Positions 19,603 to 28,664 of a DNA stretch of 64,000 bases are shown piece by piece; the stretch's first letter is position 1, and every line of letters begins with the position of its first letter. The notes under the pieces were generated by a model. It was not told the DNA's origin. It made no database searches and worked only from the letters and a program-made list of their open reading frames with translations. The stretch spans positions 3,968,001 through 4,032,000 of the forward strand of contig OZ241917.1 of assembly GCA_965203805.1 (NCBI GenBank). The letters run 5' to 3'. The position numbers and the translations under genes are program-made. Source of the DNA: Candidatus Latescibacterota bacterium (GTDB taxonomy: Bacteria; Latescibacterota; UBA2968; GCA-2709665).

Positions 19603-22600
19603 ATGGTACCAGTACTTGAATCTGCGCGCGTGAAATTTTGGCGTCCGGCCCTGTTTTCGGCCGTGATCATCGCCGCGTCCTGCCCCCTGGGGGGACTCGG
19701 CGCGGAAGTTCGTCAAACCGTGATATCGGCCTCCGGCAGGGGGCAAACCGCGTGGGCGGTCGGGCTGGAAACGGGTTCGTCCGCCATTACTGAGATCTGG
19801 GTCGAAACCCGTGGAAGCCAGCCTCGCCACCTCGGTACCTTTCCCGGCCCGCCAGGGCGACTGGAGTGGGTTGCGCACGGGGAACGTCTTCGCTTTCAGG
19901 AGACTGCCTTAAAGGTCCCCCTGCATACGCTTACCGTGCTCCCGAACAGGTCCTTGCCGCTGGTCGCATCGGGCGTCTGGGAGATCTCCGTTCTGGACGG
20001 ATCGATCGCGCGTTCGAAAACAGACTTCGAGGCGGAACCGGTAACGCCGCCGGTCGTGGCGACCCGAAACGCGCCGCGCCCGAGTCCGGCTGCCAAGGCC
20101 GTGCTGTGGGGCGTTGCGACGGCATTCAACGCCTCGGCCCTGGCCTACACCACCGTGCACCGCTGGGAATTCCGATCGGCGGTAAAGCGTTACCGGAAAG
20201 CCTCCCGGGCGTGGGCGGCCCTGCCTCCCAGATTTAAAAAGTACGGGCTCTACGAAGAGCCGGTGCTGTCCTACGCGGAGGCGCTGGCCGCAACCGCCAG
20301 GAAGGCCGGGGCAAGGCGCGGCGCCCGCTGGGTCTGCGAGGACCATCTGACCGTCATTGGCGACGCCCTCTCTGCATACGAGAAGGCTCATGAAGACCAG
20401 CGGCCGACCGACCTGGCGGCCCTAAAGGCGTGGATCGAAACCCATACGCTCACACCGGCGGACTCGACCGTTCTGAAGACGCTGTTTCGCTCGGCGAAAG
20501 ACCCTGAAAAAAGGCCGCCGGATCAGCTACACGCACGGATACCGCCCGGAAGCCGGGGACGGCGAAGCCGTTGTCACCAGTTTCTTCCACGACGGTTACC
20601 TGGTTGAAGCCGTCCGCAGCAGCACGGGATATCGCACCGTCGACCGGCGCGTGGGCAAGGCGCAGATCGACTCCCTCCTCTACCTCGGCACTGAACTCAC
20701 CCCGCATGAGCCGCTGCGGGCGATCTCCACCCTTGAAATCCTGGCCGGCGTGGCTCAGGATTACGCCCGCGGGCACAGCGGGCTCGGGTTCGCCTATCTG
20801 GAGGCGGAGAAGCTGGAGCGCGCCGTCAAATCCTTCGAACGCGCGATCGAATGCGACCACACGCTGGCCGAGGCCTACTTCGGCCTGGGTCTCACCTTCC
20901 GCAAATGGCCCAGGGGAAATTACGACGCCATCCGCTATTTCCAGAAAGCCCTCCAGTACGACCGGCACCACGTGGAAGCAAGGTTCAATATTGCCGATAT
21001 CCGGTACAAACTGGACGAACACGACGTACGGCGGGAAGTCAAAAAAGTACTGGCAATTGACCCCCGCTACGCGCCCGCCTATCTGCTGATGGGGAAATGG
21101 GTGGAGGAATTCGAGAAAAACTACGAGAAAGCCGCGCTCTACTATGCGAAGTATATGGGCTTGCGGCCCGGCGACCCGGAGGGGCGCAAGCGGCTGGGAT
21201 CAATCTACCTGAGAACGAAGGACTACGGCCGCATCCTGGAAGTCCTGGAGGATTACGCCATAGAGAATCCGGACGACGACCAGGTGCTGCCCATCCTGGC
21301 CCAGGCCTGCATGAAACTGGGGGCCTATGACAGGGCCGCCGCCTTCTTCAGAGACTTTCTCGAAGGGGCCGATGCGGCCGAGAAGGGGCACTACCACGAT
21401 ATCCGGCTGGTGGCGCCCAAGGAGACGCTGGCGGCCTTCGAACAGACGCCGCCGGAAGAACGATGGGACTTTGTGAGGAAGTTCTGGGCGGACCAGGACC
21501 CGGACCTGACCACGGCCGCCAACGAGCGCCTCCTGGAGCACTACCGGCGGGTGTCGTTCGCCATGCAGAATTTCTCCGAAGGCAGGCGGCCCTGGGACCA
21601 GCGCGGCGAAGTCTACATCCGCTTCGGTGAACCCGATCACCGCTCCACTTCCAAAGAGTTGAACTTCCAGCAATCCATGGCGGTTCAGCGGGTCAAGGAA
21701 CGCCTTTCCAGGACGCTCTACGGGGCTGCGCGCCCGCCGCGCCGTGGAATCGGCCTTCGCGGCGCCAGTTCAACGTTCGTCGGTCCGGTTTATCCCGTGC
21801 GCAGCCAGGGCGGCAGGGGTCCGGGGGGGTCCTACAGACCGGTCACGGCGACGTACGACGGCTCGATGGTCCCGTGGGAAACGTGGACGTACGTCGACGT
21901 GGGCAGCGGCATCGAGATTACCTTCACCGACGAGTTCAGCAACGGAAACTACAACTATGCGCCTGAACCGCTGGATGCCGGGATTCCCGCCCGCCGGCTG
22001 GCCATGTTTACCCGCTACAGCCCCCGCAATATCTACCGCATGGCCGCCGCGGCGCAGCCGAACTACTTCGTGCGGCCGAAAAACACGCTACCGATGGAAT
22101 TCTATTTCAACTCGGCTGACTTCAGGAGTGAAACGGATTTCCGGACCGCGCTGGAAGTCTACGTGGGGATACCGCGGCACCAGGGGCACTATATGATCGA
22201 TGACGACCGGACGGAAATATTGGTCGACCGGACCGTGGCGCTGCGAAATCCGGCAACCGGAGCGGTCTACCGCAGCGAGGACAAGGTACAATTCGCGGCC
22301 GAGGGGGACGTGACCGCGGAACGCAGCGCGTTCGTGCCGGACCTCGCGCGGCTGGACGTGCCCCCCGGGCGTTACAGGATGGAAGTGAAGATAAAGGATA
22401 ATCTGTCCGTTCAGCACGGGCGGTACCGTCAGGACATTGAAATCGAGTCCTATGAACGGCACAGCCTCCAGGTGAGCGACCTGGAACTGGCGTGGCGGAT
22501 ATCCAACCGCAAGGACGAGGATAAATTCAACAAAGGCACACTGTGGGTCATTCCGATGCCGACGCGGACCTACAGGGTAGGACAGAATGTATTCGTCTAC

Positions 22601-22909
22601 TACGAAATCTATAACCTGACGAAGGACGATTTCGGGCAGACGAACTACCAGGTATCCTATACCGTCACGAAGAAGGGCGGCTTCAGCCCCCTGGGTATCA
22701 TTAGCAGCCTTATAAGGTGGAAGAAGGGCAAGCGTGAAGAGCTGGAAGTGACGTACGAGATGGTGGGCGAGGATAACATGGAAGTCGAATACGTGGAACT
22801 CGAGCTGGAGAACCGCCCTGCGGGCAAGTATTTCCTGAACGTCACCGTCATCGATATGAATAGCGGTGAGTTGGCCCAGAAGCAGGCCAGTTTCATCCTC
22901 GCGCAGTAG
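19603..22909 (+). pseudogene. Large TPR + GWxTD protein (type II), split by a +1 frameshift near the A6 run at 20507-20512
   Basis: ORFs 19498-20607 and 20651-22909 align end to end with paralogue 23185-26922. Deleting one A gives DPEKGRRISYTHGYRPEAGDGEAVVTSFFHDG, which is collinear with the paralogue's SDYLYKHQGLPGAPALACFWHRG. This could be a sequencing error. Confidence 0.8.
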
Positions 22910-22990
22910 GATCAGGATTAGAGACCGAAAACAGGATCAGGATTTGCAGGATTAGAGGATTAAGCAGGATTAGAGAACAAAATCAGGATC
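22908..22990. repeat. Short AGGAT(T/C)-unit intergenic repeat
   Basis: aggatcaggattagag..caggatcaggatttgcaggattagaggattaagcaggattagag..caggatc. Confidence 0.55.
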
Positions 22991-23184
22991 GAAATCGAGC
23001 AGGAAAAGGCCAGGAGCAGGGCCGATGCTCACGATTCCGGTCCATAGAGATAAATCCGAATCCCTGCAGACCTCGCGTCGTCACTCCGGCTATTCAGATT
23101 CCGTGTTTCATTAACCTCAATTCGAAAAAAGAAACACGTTTTACGTTCGTGATCCGATTTGCCGACGCTTCGGGAGATTTCGTG

Positions 23185-26100
23185 ATGCATTGGATGAAGA
23201 TCCTACTCATAGGCGCGGGTGGCGCCCTGATCATGCCGGGAGAAGCCGCGTCGGCGTCTGGCGGGGTCCCCACCGCGAGTACGGCGGATGGCGGGCACGT
23301 CGCCTATGCTGTCCGGCGGGGCGACGGGTCGATTTCGATATCGGAAATATGGGTTGCCTCGCAACAGGACAACGGAGCCAGGAAGATCGCGGCCTATCCC
23401 GGAGAACCCGGCGGTCTCTGTTTCCATCCGGACGGAAGCGCGCTGATCTATCTCGAGCGAAGCCTGCGGCGGGAAGCGTGGGGGTCGTACTTCTACGGCG
23501 GGCAGTCGCTTCCGATAACGAGAAACAGAATCCGGAAGTTGAGTCTGGACGGCGCGAGACAGGAAACGTGGCCGCTCCCGGGCGACTTTCAACCCCTCGA
23601 ATTCGCGCCTTCTCCCGATGGACGGTCGTTGGCGATTGTCGGGTATCGGGGGAATCCGTTCGAGCGTACCGGCCACGGGCTTTGGGTCGCGGACGATCAC
23701 GGCGGCGTCAGGCCCCTGTTCGAGGGAAACGCCGCGGGCCCGTTGAACTGGTCGCCTGACGGGACGGCGGTATTTTTCCGCATGGCGGATGGCTCGGGAT
23801 CGATCCGTGTTGACATCGCCAGCGGAGAGAACTTTCGATCTGATCCGCCCAACCATATACCAAAAAGAGGTTATCCGGATCGCGAGGCCGTTTTCCGGCC
23901 GAATCCGGGTGCGGTTCCGGGTGGGGACGACGCGATCGATTCCGCCCTGGGGGTGATCGGCACCGGACTGGACCTGTTTATTCGCGGCAGAAATGCGCTC
24001 CACAGAGGAAACGAAGCCAGCGCGGAAAAACGGTTCCAGCAGGCCAGGAGTGCATTCAAGAAGCTCTTTGATCGGGCGCCGAAGTACGGGATGTCCAGGA
24101 AGGGCTGGGCAAGGTATATCGAAGTCTGCGAAGACTGGATCGATGCAGACAGCAACACGGCGCACAGACGCAACTGCCAGGAGCGCCTGGCGGGGATGCT
24201 CCGGTTGATGGTGGCGTTCGAGCGCGACCGGAACGGGGACGAACCGGAGGACCTTGCCGAATTGCATCAGTGGGCGACGCGGAAAATCGTTGCAGAGTCG
24301 CCGGCCGGAAAGGAACGGGATGACAGGAAGGCGATCCTTGGCGTGCTGTTCTCCTGTCCGTCAAACCGGAACTATACATTTCTCAGCGATTACCTGTATA
24401 AGCATCAAGGGTTGCCCGGCGCGCCGGCCCTGGCCTGTTTCTGGCACCGCGGCGAACAGGTCGCCGGCATGGCCGGACGCGATGGCGTTCACACGGAGAT
24501 TTCACGCATACCCGAAACACGGGTCGACAGCCTGGCATCCAGCGGGCGCCGCGCCATGGCCGCGAATGAGCTGGACCGGGCGCGCCTGATCTACCGGAAC
24601 GTCGCGCGTCAACGGCCGAGAGAACCGGACGCATATGTCCACCTGGGTCACATTCTCCTTGACTTGAAACGATTCGAGGAATCGAAAGACGCGTTTCACC
24701 GCGCCATGACCCTGGGTAGCAAAGCGCTTGCCCACCACGGCCTGGGAATGCTCTACGCCACGTGGCCGATGCAGCGCCATTTCGCGATTCACCACTTTAC
24801 AGAGGCGCTGGTCAGGGACCGGGACTTTGTGGACGCGCGATTTCGGATGGCCAAAGTCCGTTATGAGATGAAACAGCGTGACGCGGAGCTGGAGCTGAAA
24901 CGGGTCTTGAAGATGGACCCCGGCCACGCGGACGCTTATCTGATGATTGCAGACTACTATCTGAATCTGTCGTGGGAATTCGAAAAGGCCGTTGTCTGGT
25001 ATACGAAGTACCTCGCGCTTCGTCCGGAAGACGCCGACGCGCAGCGAAGGCTGGGGGTTGCATACCTGAAGGTCAGAGAGTATTCGAAGATTATGGACCA
25101 CCTGCTGGACTTCGTGAGAAAGTACCCCGAAGCCATCGAGTTGATGCCCATTGTCGCCGTTTCCGCCATGGAACAGGAAGAGCCGGCAATGGCAATGGCG
25201 TTCTTCGAAGACTACATTGACAAACTTGCGCCGGATGAAAGACGATTGTACGAAGATATATCGCTGGTTGCCTCCGGCGAGGAACTCAGGACGTGCAACG
25301 AGGCACTGGGCGCCCACCGTGAGACCTGTCTGCAGCGATTCTGGAATGGAAAGGACCCGGACCTGTCCACGGCCGTGAACGAGCGGCTGCTGGAACACTA
25401 CCGAAGGGTCTGGCACGCGCTGACGGAATTCTCGGAAGGCAGGCGCCCGTGGGACGCCAGGGGTGACGTCTACGTCCGATTCGGAGAACCCGATCACCGG
25501 TCCAGGTCGGACGAACCCAACTTCAAGCAGAGCCTGAAAGTACAGCGGGTCAAGGAGCGGCTCGCGTTCAATATCTACAAAGGCGATGTCCGCGCGCACA
25601 CGTTCGTCGGCCCTGTATATCCCGTTCGCAGCCTCAAACAGTTGGATGGCGCCTGGTATGAACTGAAAGAATTCACAATCGAGAACGCAGATCCATCGGC
25701 GTGTGAGATTGCCGGCATGACGAACGAAGGTACGGAGGCGGCCGACGCCGACCTTAATCAAGATGGAGGAAGCGAGTCTTTTTTCGTCAATGACGATTCC
25801 TTGAAGATCGGTATCCTGCCCCTTGACGAAAGCCTGGGATTCGGCGACTATCACCCGGTTACGACCGACGAAGATCGCAGCACCGTGCCCTGGGAGACCT
25901 GGATCTATACCGACGCCGGCGGCGGCATTGAAATCACTTTTACCGACGAAATTGGTTCCGGCGCGTACGATTACGCGCCCATGCCGCCGAACCAGGGAGA
26001 TATATCCATAGGCGAAACCGCTGCGCTGAGCAGGCACGCGCCCCATTCGGTCTACAGGCGTGCGGCTCGGGCCACACCCGATTTCTATGCACCGAAACAT

Positions 26101-26922
26101 GAGACGCCGCCCCTCGATTTCCACTACTCGCTGGCCGACTTCAAGGGCGAGGACGATAACAGCCTTCTCGAAATCTACTACGGCGTCCCCGTCGTCCCGG
26201 CGCATTACGTTGCGGCGGAGGATGTCACTCGGCAGGTCCTGACGCACCATGCGGCGCTCATTTCGTCGTCGCAGGATACCGTGTACAGGGAGACGGATGA
26301 AATGACCTACGAAGCCGCCGGAAACCGGGCCGAAGAAGGCCTGCTGGTACCGGACGTCCTGAAGGTGGACCTGCCGCCCGGCGCCTATCGTCTGGAGGTG
26401 AAGTCTCAGGACCGCCTGAGAGGAAAAATGGGCATCTATCAGCAGCAGGTTGTCGTGGAACCATATGGCGAAGATCGCCTTCAGATCAGCGACCTGGAGC
26501 TGGCCTGGCGGGTTGGCGCGGAAGATGCGGAGAGCAAGTTTACGAAGGGATCCCTGAACGTTGTCCCAATGCCGTCCCGAACGTACCGGAAGGGGCAGAG
26601 CGTGTTCGTCTACTACGAGATCTACAACCTGGAGAAAGACGAATTCGGACAGACCGGCTACAACGTCTCCTACACCTTTGCGTCGAAAGACACACCCGGG
26701 CAGGCGGGAAACATCTCACGCCTGTTCCGTTGGGGAACCGGCAAACGCGAGGAACTGGCGGTCACGTACGAACAGCAGGGTGAGGCCGCCCGCGAGAACG
26801 AATACGTCGAACTCGCACTGGATGAACAGGTCCCGGGGCGATATTCGCTGAAAGTGTCGATTAACGACAAGAACAGCGGCGAATCGGCGGAGAAAGAGGC
26901 GACGTTCGTCATCTCGCGATAG
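23185..26922 (+). CDS. Large secreted protein: TolB-like propeller segment + TPR + GWxTD domain (type II)
   Basis: Signal peptide, HPDG/SPDG repeats, many TPRs, FWNGKDPDLSTAVNERLLEHYRRV..RPWDARGDVYVRFGEPD, C-terminal ISDLELAW and VFVYYEIYNL. Confidence 0.88.
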   Translation: MHWMKILLIGAGGALIMPGEAASASGGVPTASTADGGHVAYAVRRGDGSISISEIWVASQQDNGARKIAAYPGEPGGLCFHPDGSALIYLERSLRREAWGSYFYGGQSLPITRNRIRKLSLDGARQETWPLPGDFQPLEFAPSPDGRSLAIVGYRGNPFERTGHGLWVADDHGGVRPLFEGNAAGPLNWSPDGTAVFFRMADGSGSIRVDIASGENFRSDPPNHIPKRGYPDREAVFRPNPGAVPGGDDAIDSALGVIGTGLDLFIRGRNALHRGNEASAEKRFQQARSAFKKLFDRAPKYGMSRKGWARYIEVCEDWIDADSNTAHRRNCQERLAGMLRLMVAFERDRNGDEPEDLAELHQWATRKIVAESPAGKERDDRKAILGVLFSCPSNRNYTFLSDYLYKHQGLPGAPALACFWHRGEQVAGMAGRDGVHTEISRIPETRVDSLASSGRRAMAANELDRARLIYRNVARQRPREPDAYVHLGHILLDLKRFEESKDAFHRAMTLGSKALAHHGLGMLYATWPMQRHFAIHHFTEALVRDRDFVDARFRMAKVRYEMKQRDAELELKRVLKMDPGHADAYLMIADYYLNLSWEFEKAVVWYTKYLALRPEDADAQRRLGVAYLKVREYSKIMDHLLDFVRKYPEAIELMPIVAVSAMEQEEPAMAMAFFEDYIDKLAPDERRLYEDISLVASGEELRTCNEALGAHRETCLQRFWNGKDPDLSTAVNERLLEHYRRVWHALTEFSEGRRPWDARGDVYVRFGEPDHRSRSDEPNFKQSLKVQRVKERLAFNIYKGDVRAHTFVGPVYPVRSLKQLDGAWYELKEFTIENADPSACEIAGMTNEGTEAADADLNQDGGSESFFVNDDSLKIGILPLDESLGFGDYHPVTTDEDRSTVPWETWIYTDAGGGIEITFTDEIGSGAYDYAPMPPNQGDISIGETAALSRHAPHSVYRRAARATPDFYAPKHETPPLDFHYSLADFKGEDDNSLLEIYYGVPVVPAHYVAAEDVTRQVLTHHAALISSSQDTVYRETDEMTYEAAGNRAEEGLLVPDVLKVDLPPGAYRLEVKSQDRLRGKMGIYQQQVVVEPYGEDRLQISDLELAWRVGAEDAESKFTKGSLNVVPMPSRTYRKGQSVFVYYEIYNLEKDEFGQTGYNVSYTFASKDTPGQAGNISRLFRWGTGKREELAVTYEQQGEAARENEYVELALDEQVPGRYSLKVSINDKNSGESAEKEATFVISR

Positions 26923-26950
26923 GTTCCGCGAAGCGAGGGAAGGACACCGA

Positions 26951-28033
26951 ATGTCCGGAAAAACGGGTTCCGCGCTGCTTGTTATCTCGTTCTTTATGGG
27001 CTGCGGCAATCCCGTGCCCACGTCTCCGGAAGCGACGAGCGATCTGCAGGGCTTTGACGTCGCCGGAAGAATGACGGAGCGGCGCTTCTGGCACGCGGCG
27101 GTCCTGTTGCAGGACGGCAAGGTACTCATCACGGGCGGCGCCGCAACGGACAGTCCGGGTAATGTCCCTTCGTCGCTGTTTCGCGCCAGCACGGAAGTTT
27201 TCGATCCTGTGACGGGAACTTCGAGCAGAAGGGGCGACATGTCCCGGGCTCGCGCACTCGACATGGGAATGCTGCTGCCGGACGGCCGTGTCCTGATCGC
27301 AGGCGCTGCTCAGGCCCCTCCGGAAATCTACGATCCGCAAACCGGTCGAGTCACACCCGAGCCGTATGAACCCGCCTTCGCGATCATCTCGTCGATGACG
27401 TTGCTCGCCAATGGTAAGATCCTCACCTATTACTCGCTGGGCGTCGCCACATTCGATCCCGCCACCGGGGGGTTCGCGGCGCTACCGGGTACGGTCCGCA
27501 TTCGAAGGGGCCACACGGCGACCCGGTTGCCGGACGGGCGCGTACTCATCGCCGGCGGCAGCAATGCCTCGGGTATGGTGAAGGAGTCCGAAATCTACGA
27601 CCCTTTGTCCAATACGCTTACGCGCACAGGCGACTTGAGATACGAACGTCGAGAACACAGAGCGATTCTTCTGGGGGACGGCAGCGTGTTGGTCATTGGC
27701 GGGACCACCGACGACGAGGGATCTGAAGTGTCGGTTACGGCCGCCGAGCGGTACGATCCTGCAACGGGGATGTTTTCATCGGAAGGGGATCCGGGACTCG
27801 AGCTGATTCACGCGGCCGCGTTACTGCGATCGGGCGACGTGTTTATCATTGGAGAAAGCGGCGAGGTCATTCTCTACGATCCCGCTACCGGCGCGTTCGG
27901 CCCGACCGGAGACAGCATCGGCGAGAATCGCGCGTTTTACACGACAACGCTGCTTCCCGACGGCCGCGTGCTGATTGCCGGCGGATTGAAGGACTTCGAG
28001 GCCACGGATCAGGTTCTGATTTACAGACCCTAG
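26951..28033 (+). CDS. Kelch-repeat beta-propeller lipoprotein
   Basis: Lipobox FMG-C, Kelch units; collinear with 8368-9456 (GF(D/E)xxGRMTxxRFWH ... VLxYxP); 28 bp after the GWxTD gene. Confidence 0.88.
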   Translation: MSGKTGSALLVISFFMGCGNPVPTSPEATSDLQGFDVAGRMTERRFWHAAVLLQDGKVLITGGAATDSPGNVPSSLFRASTEVFDPVTGTSSRRGDMSRARALDMGMLLPDGRVLIAGAAQAPPEIYDPQTGRVTPEPYEPAFAIISSMTLLANGKILTYYSLGVATFDPATGGFAALPGTVRIRRGHTATRLPDGRVLIAGGSNASGMVKESEIYDPLSNTLTRTGDLRYERREHRAILLGDGSVLVIGGTTDDEGSEVSVTAAERYDPATGMFSSEGDPGLELIHAAALLRSGDVFIIGESGEVILYDPATGAFGPTGDSIGENRAFYTTTLLPDGRVLIAGGLKDFEATDQVLIYRP

Positions 28034-28045
28034 CGTCGAAAACCG

Positions 28046-28206
28046 GTGAGACGCAAGACGGTAGATGACATCCTCGCCCGATTGGCTCTACCCTTATGCC
28101 TCCGGCGCAAATTGAAGCCGGACGCGGCGGACAATCTCTCCCCTCTTACATCTCCCCGTTCTTCAGGCACTCATCTCCCGTCTCCCCTCTACCCTCTCAC
28201 CGCTTT
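28046..28206. repeat. Dispersed repeat family C (GTGAGACGCAAGACGGTAGATGACATCC / TCTCCCGTCT..CTCTCACCGC)
   Basis: About 90 bp recur inverted near 48770-48861; related units occur at 44187-44405 and 48108-48245. Confidence 0.65.
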
Positions 28207-28664
28207 TGAGGGGCCGGGGGGAGAGGTCTGCGCCCCCTCTGGTAATGCCACATCCAGGCGCTGAAGTCGACAGACTCGGTTATCGGTTAAAGCTGAAGGC
28301 CGATTGCGAACGGCAGTCCTCATCACTAAGGTGTCAATCGGTCTCACAAATGATATCCTGACCGGAGGACTCCCAGAGCAGAGCGCGCGGTTCCGTCCAG
28401 CTACTCAGATCGATTTTCTACTGTGGCTGTCAGGGCAGAAAAGTGTGTGTATCCTGTGAGTGGATTCGCGCTGTGCCTGTGGCAGGCCCCGCGCCCAGCG
28501 GCGACTTTTGGTTCCTTTTGGTCGCTTCAAAAGGAACCCGCCGGAGGCAGGGAATTTGGGGAAAAGGGGATTTTGAATCTGATTCTGGATTTTTGATTCA
28601 AGCCAAATGCTGACGTGAACGGATTGGGTTCTTGATTCGAGCTCGCTGTCCCCAGAGTTGATCG

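Noticed and set aside
19498-20607. Treating 19498-20607 and 20651-22909 as two independent genes
   Set aside because: Continuous homology to the single-ORF paralogue runs across the frame switch, including the region between the two ORF calls.
24502-26250. Long antisense or alternative-frame ORFs (also 4477-5541, 11422-12606, 39910-41277, 42133-44088, 49068-50651, 62522-63991)
   Set aside because: They are shadows of well-supported genes on the other strand in GC-rich DNA and have no recognisable motifs.
28046-28264. Paralogous-looking small ORFs starting MRRKTVDDILA (28046 + and 48861 -)
   Set aside because: The similarity is confined to a dispersed nucleotide repeat (family C) and the downstream parts are unrelated.
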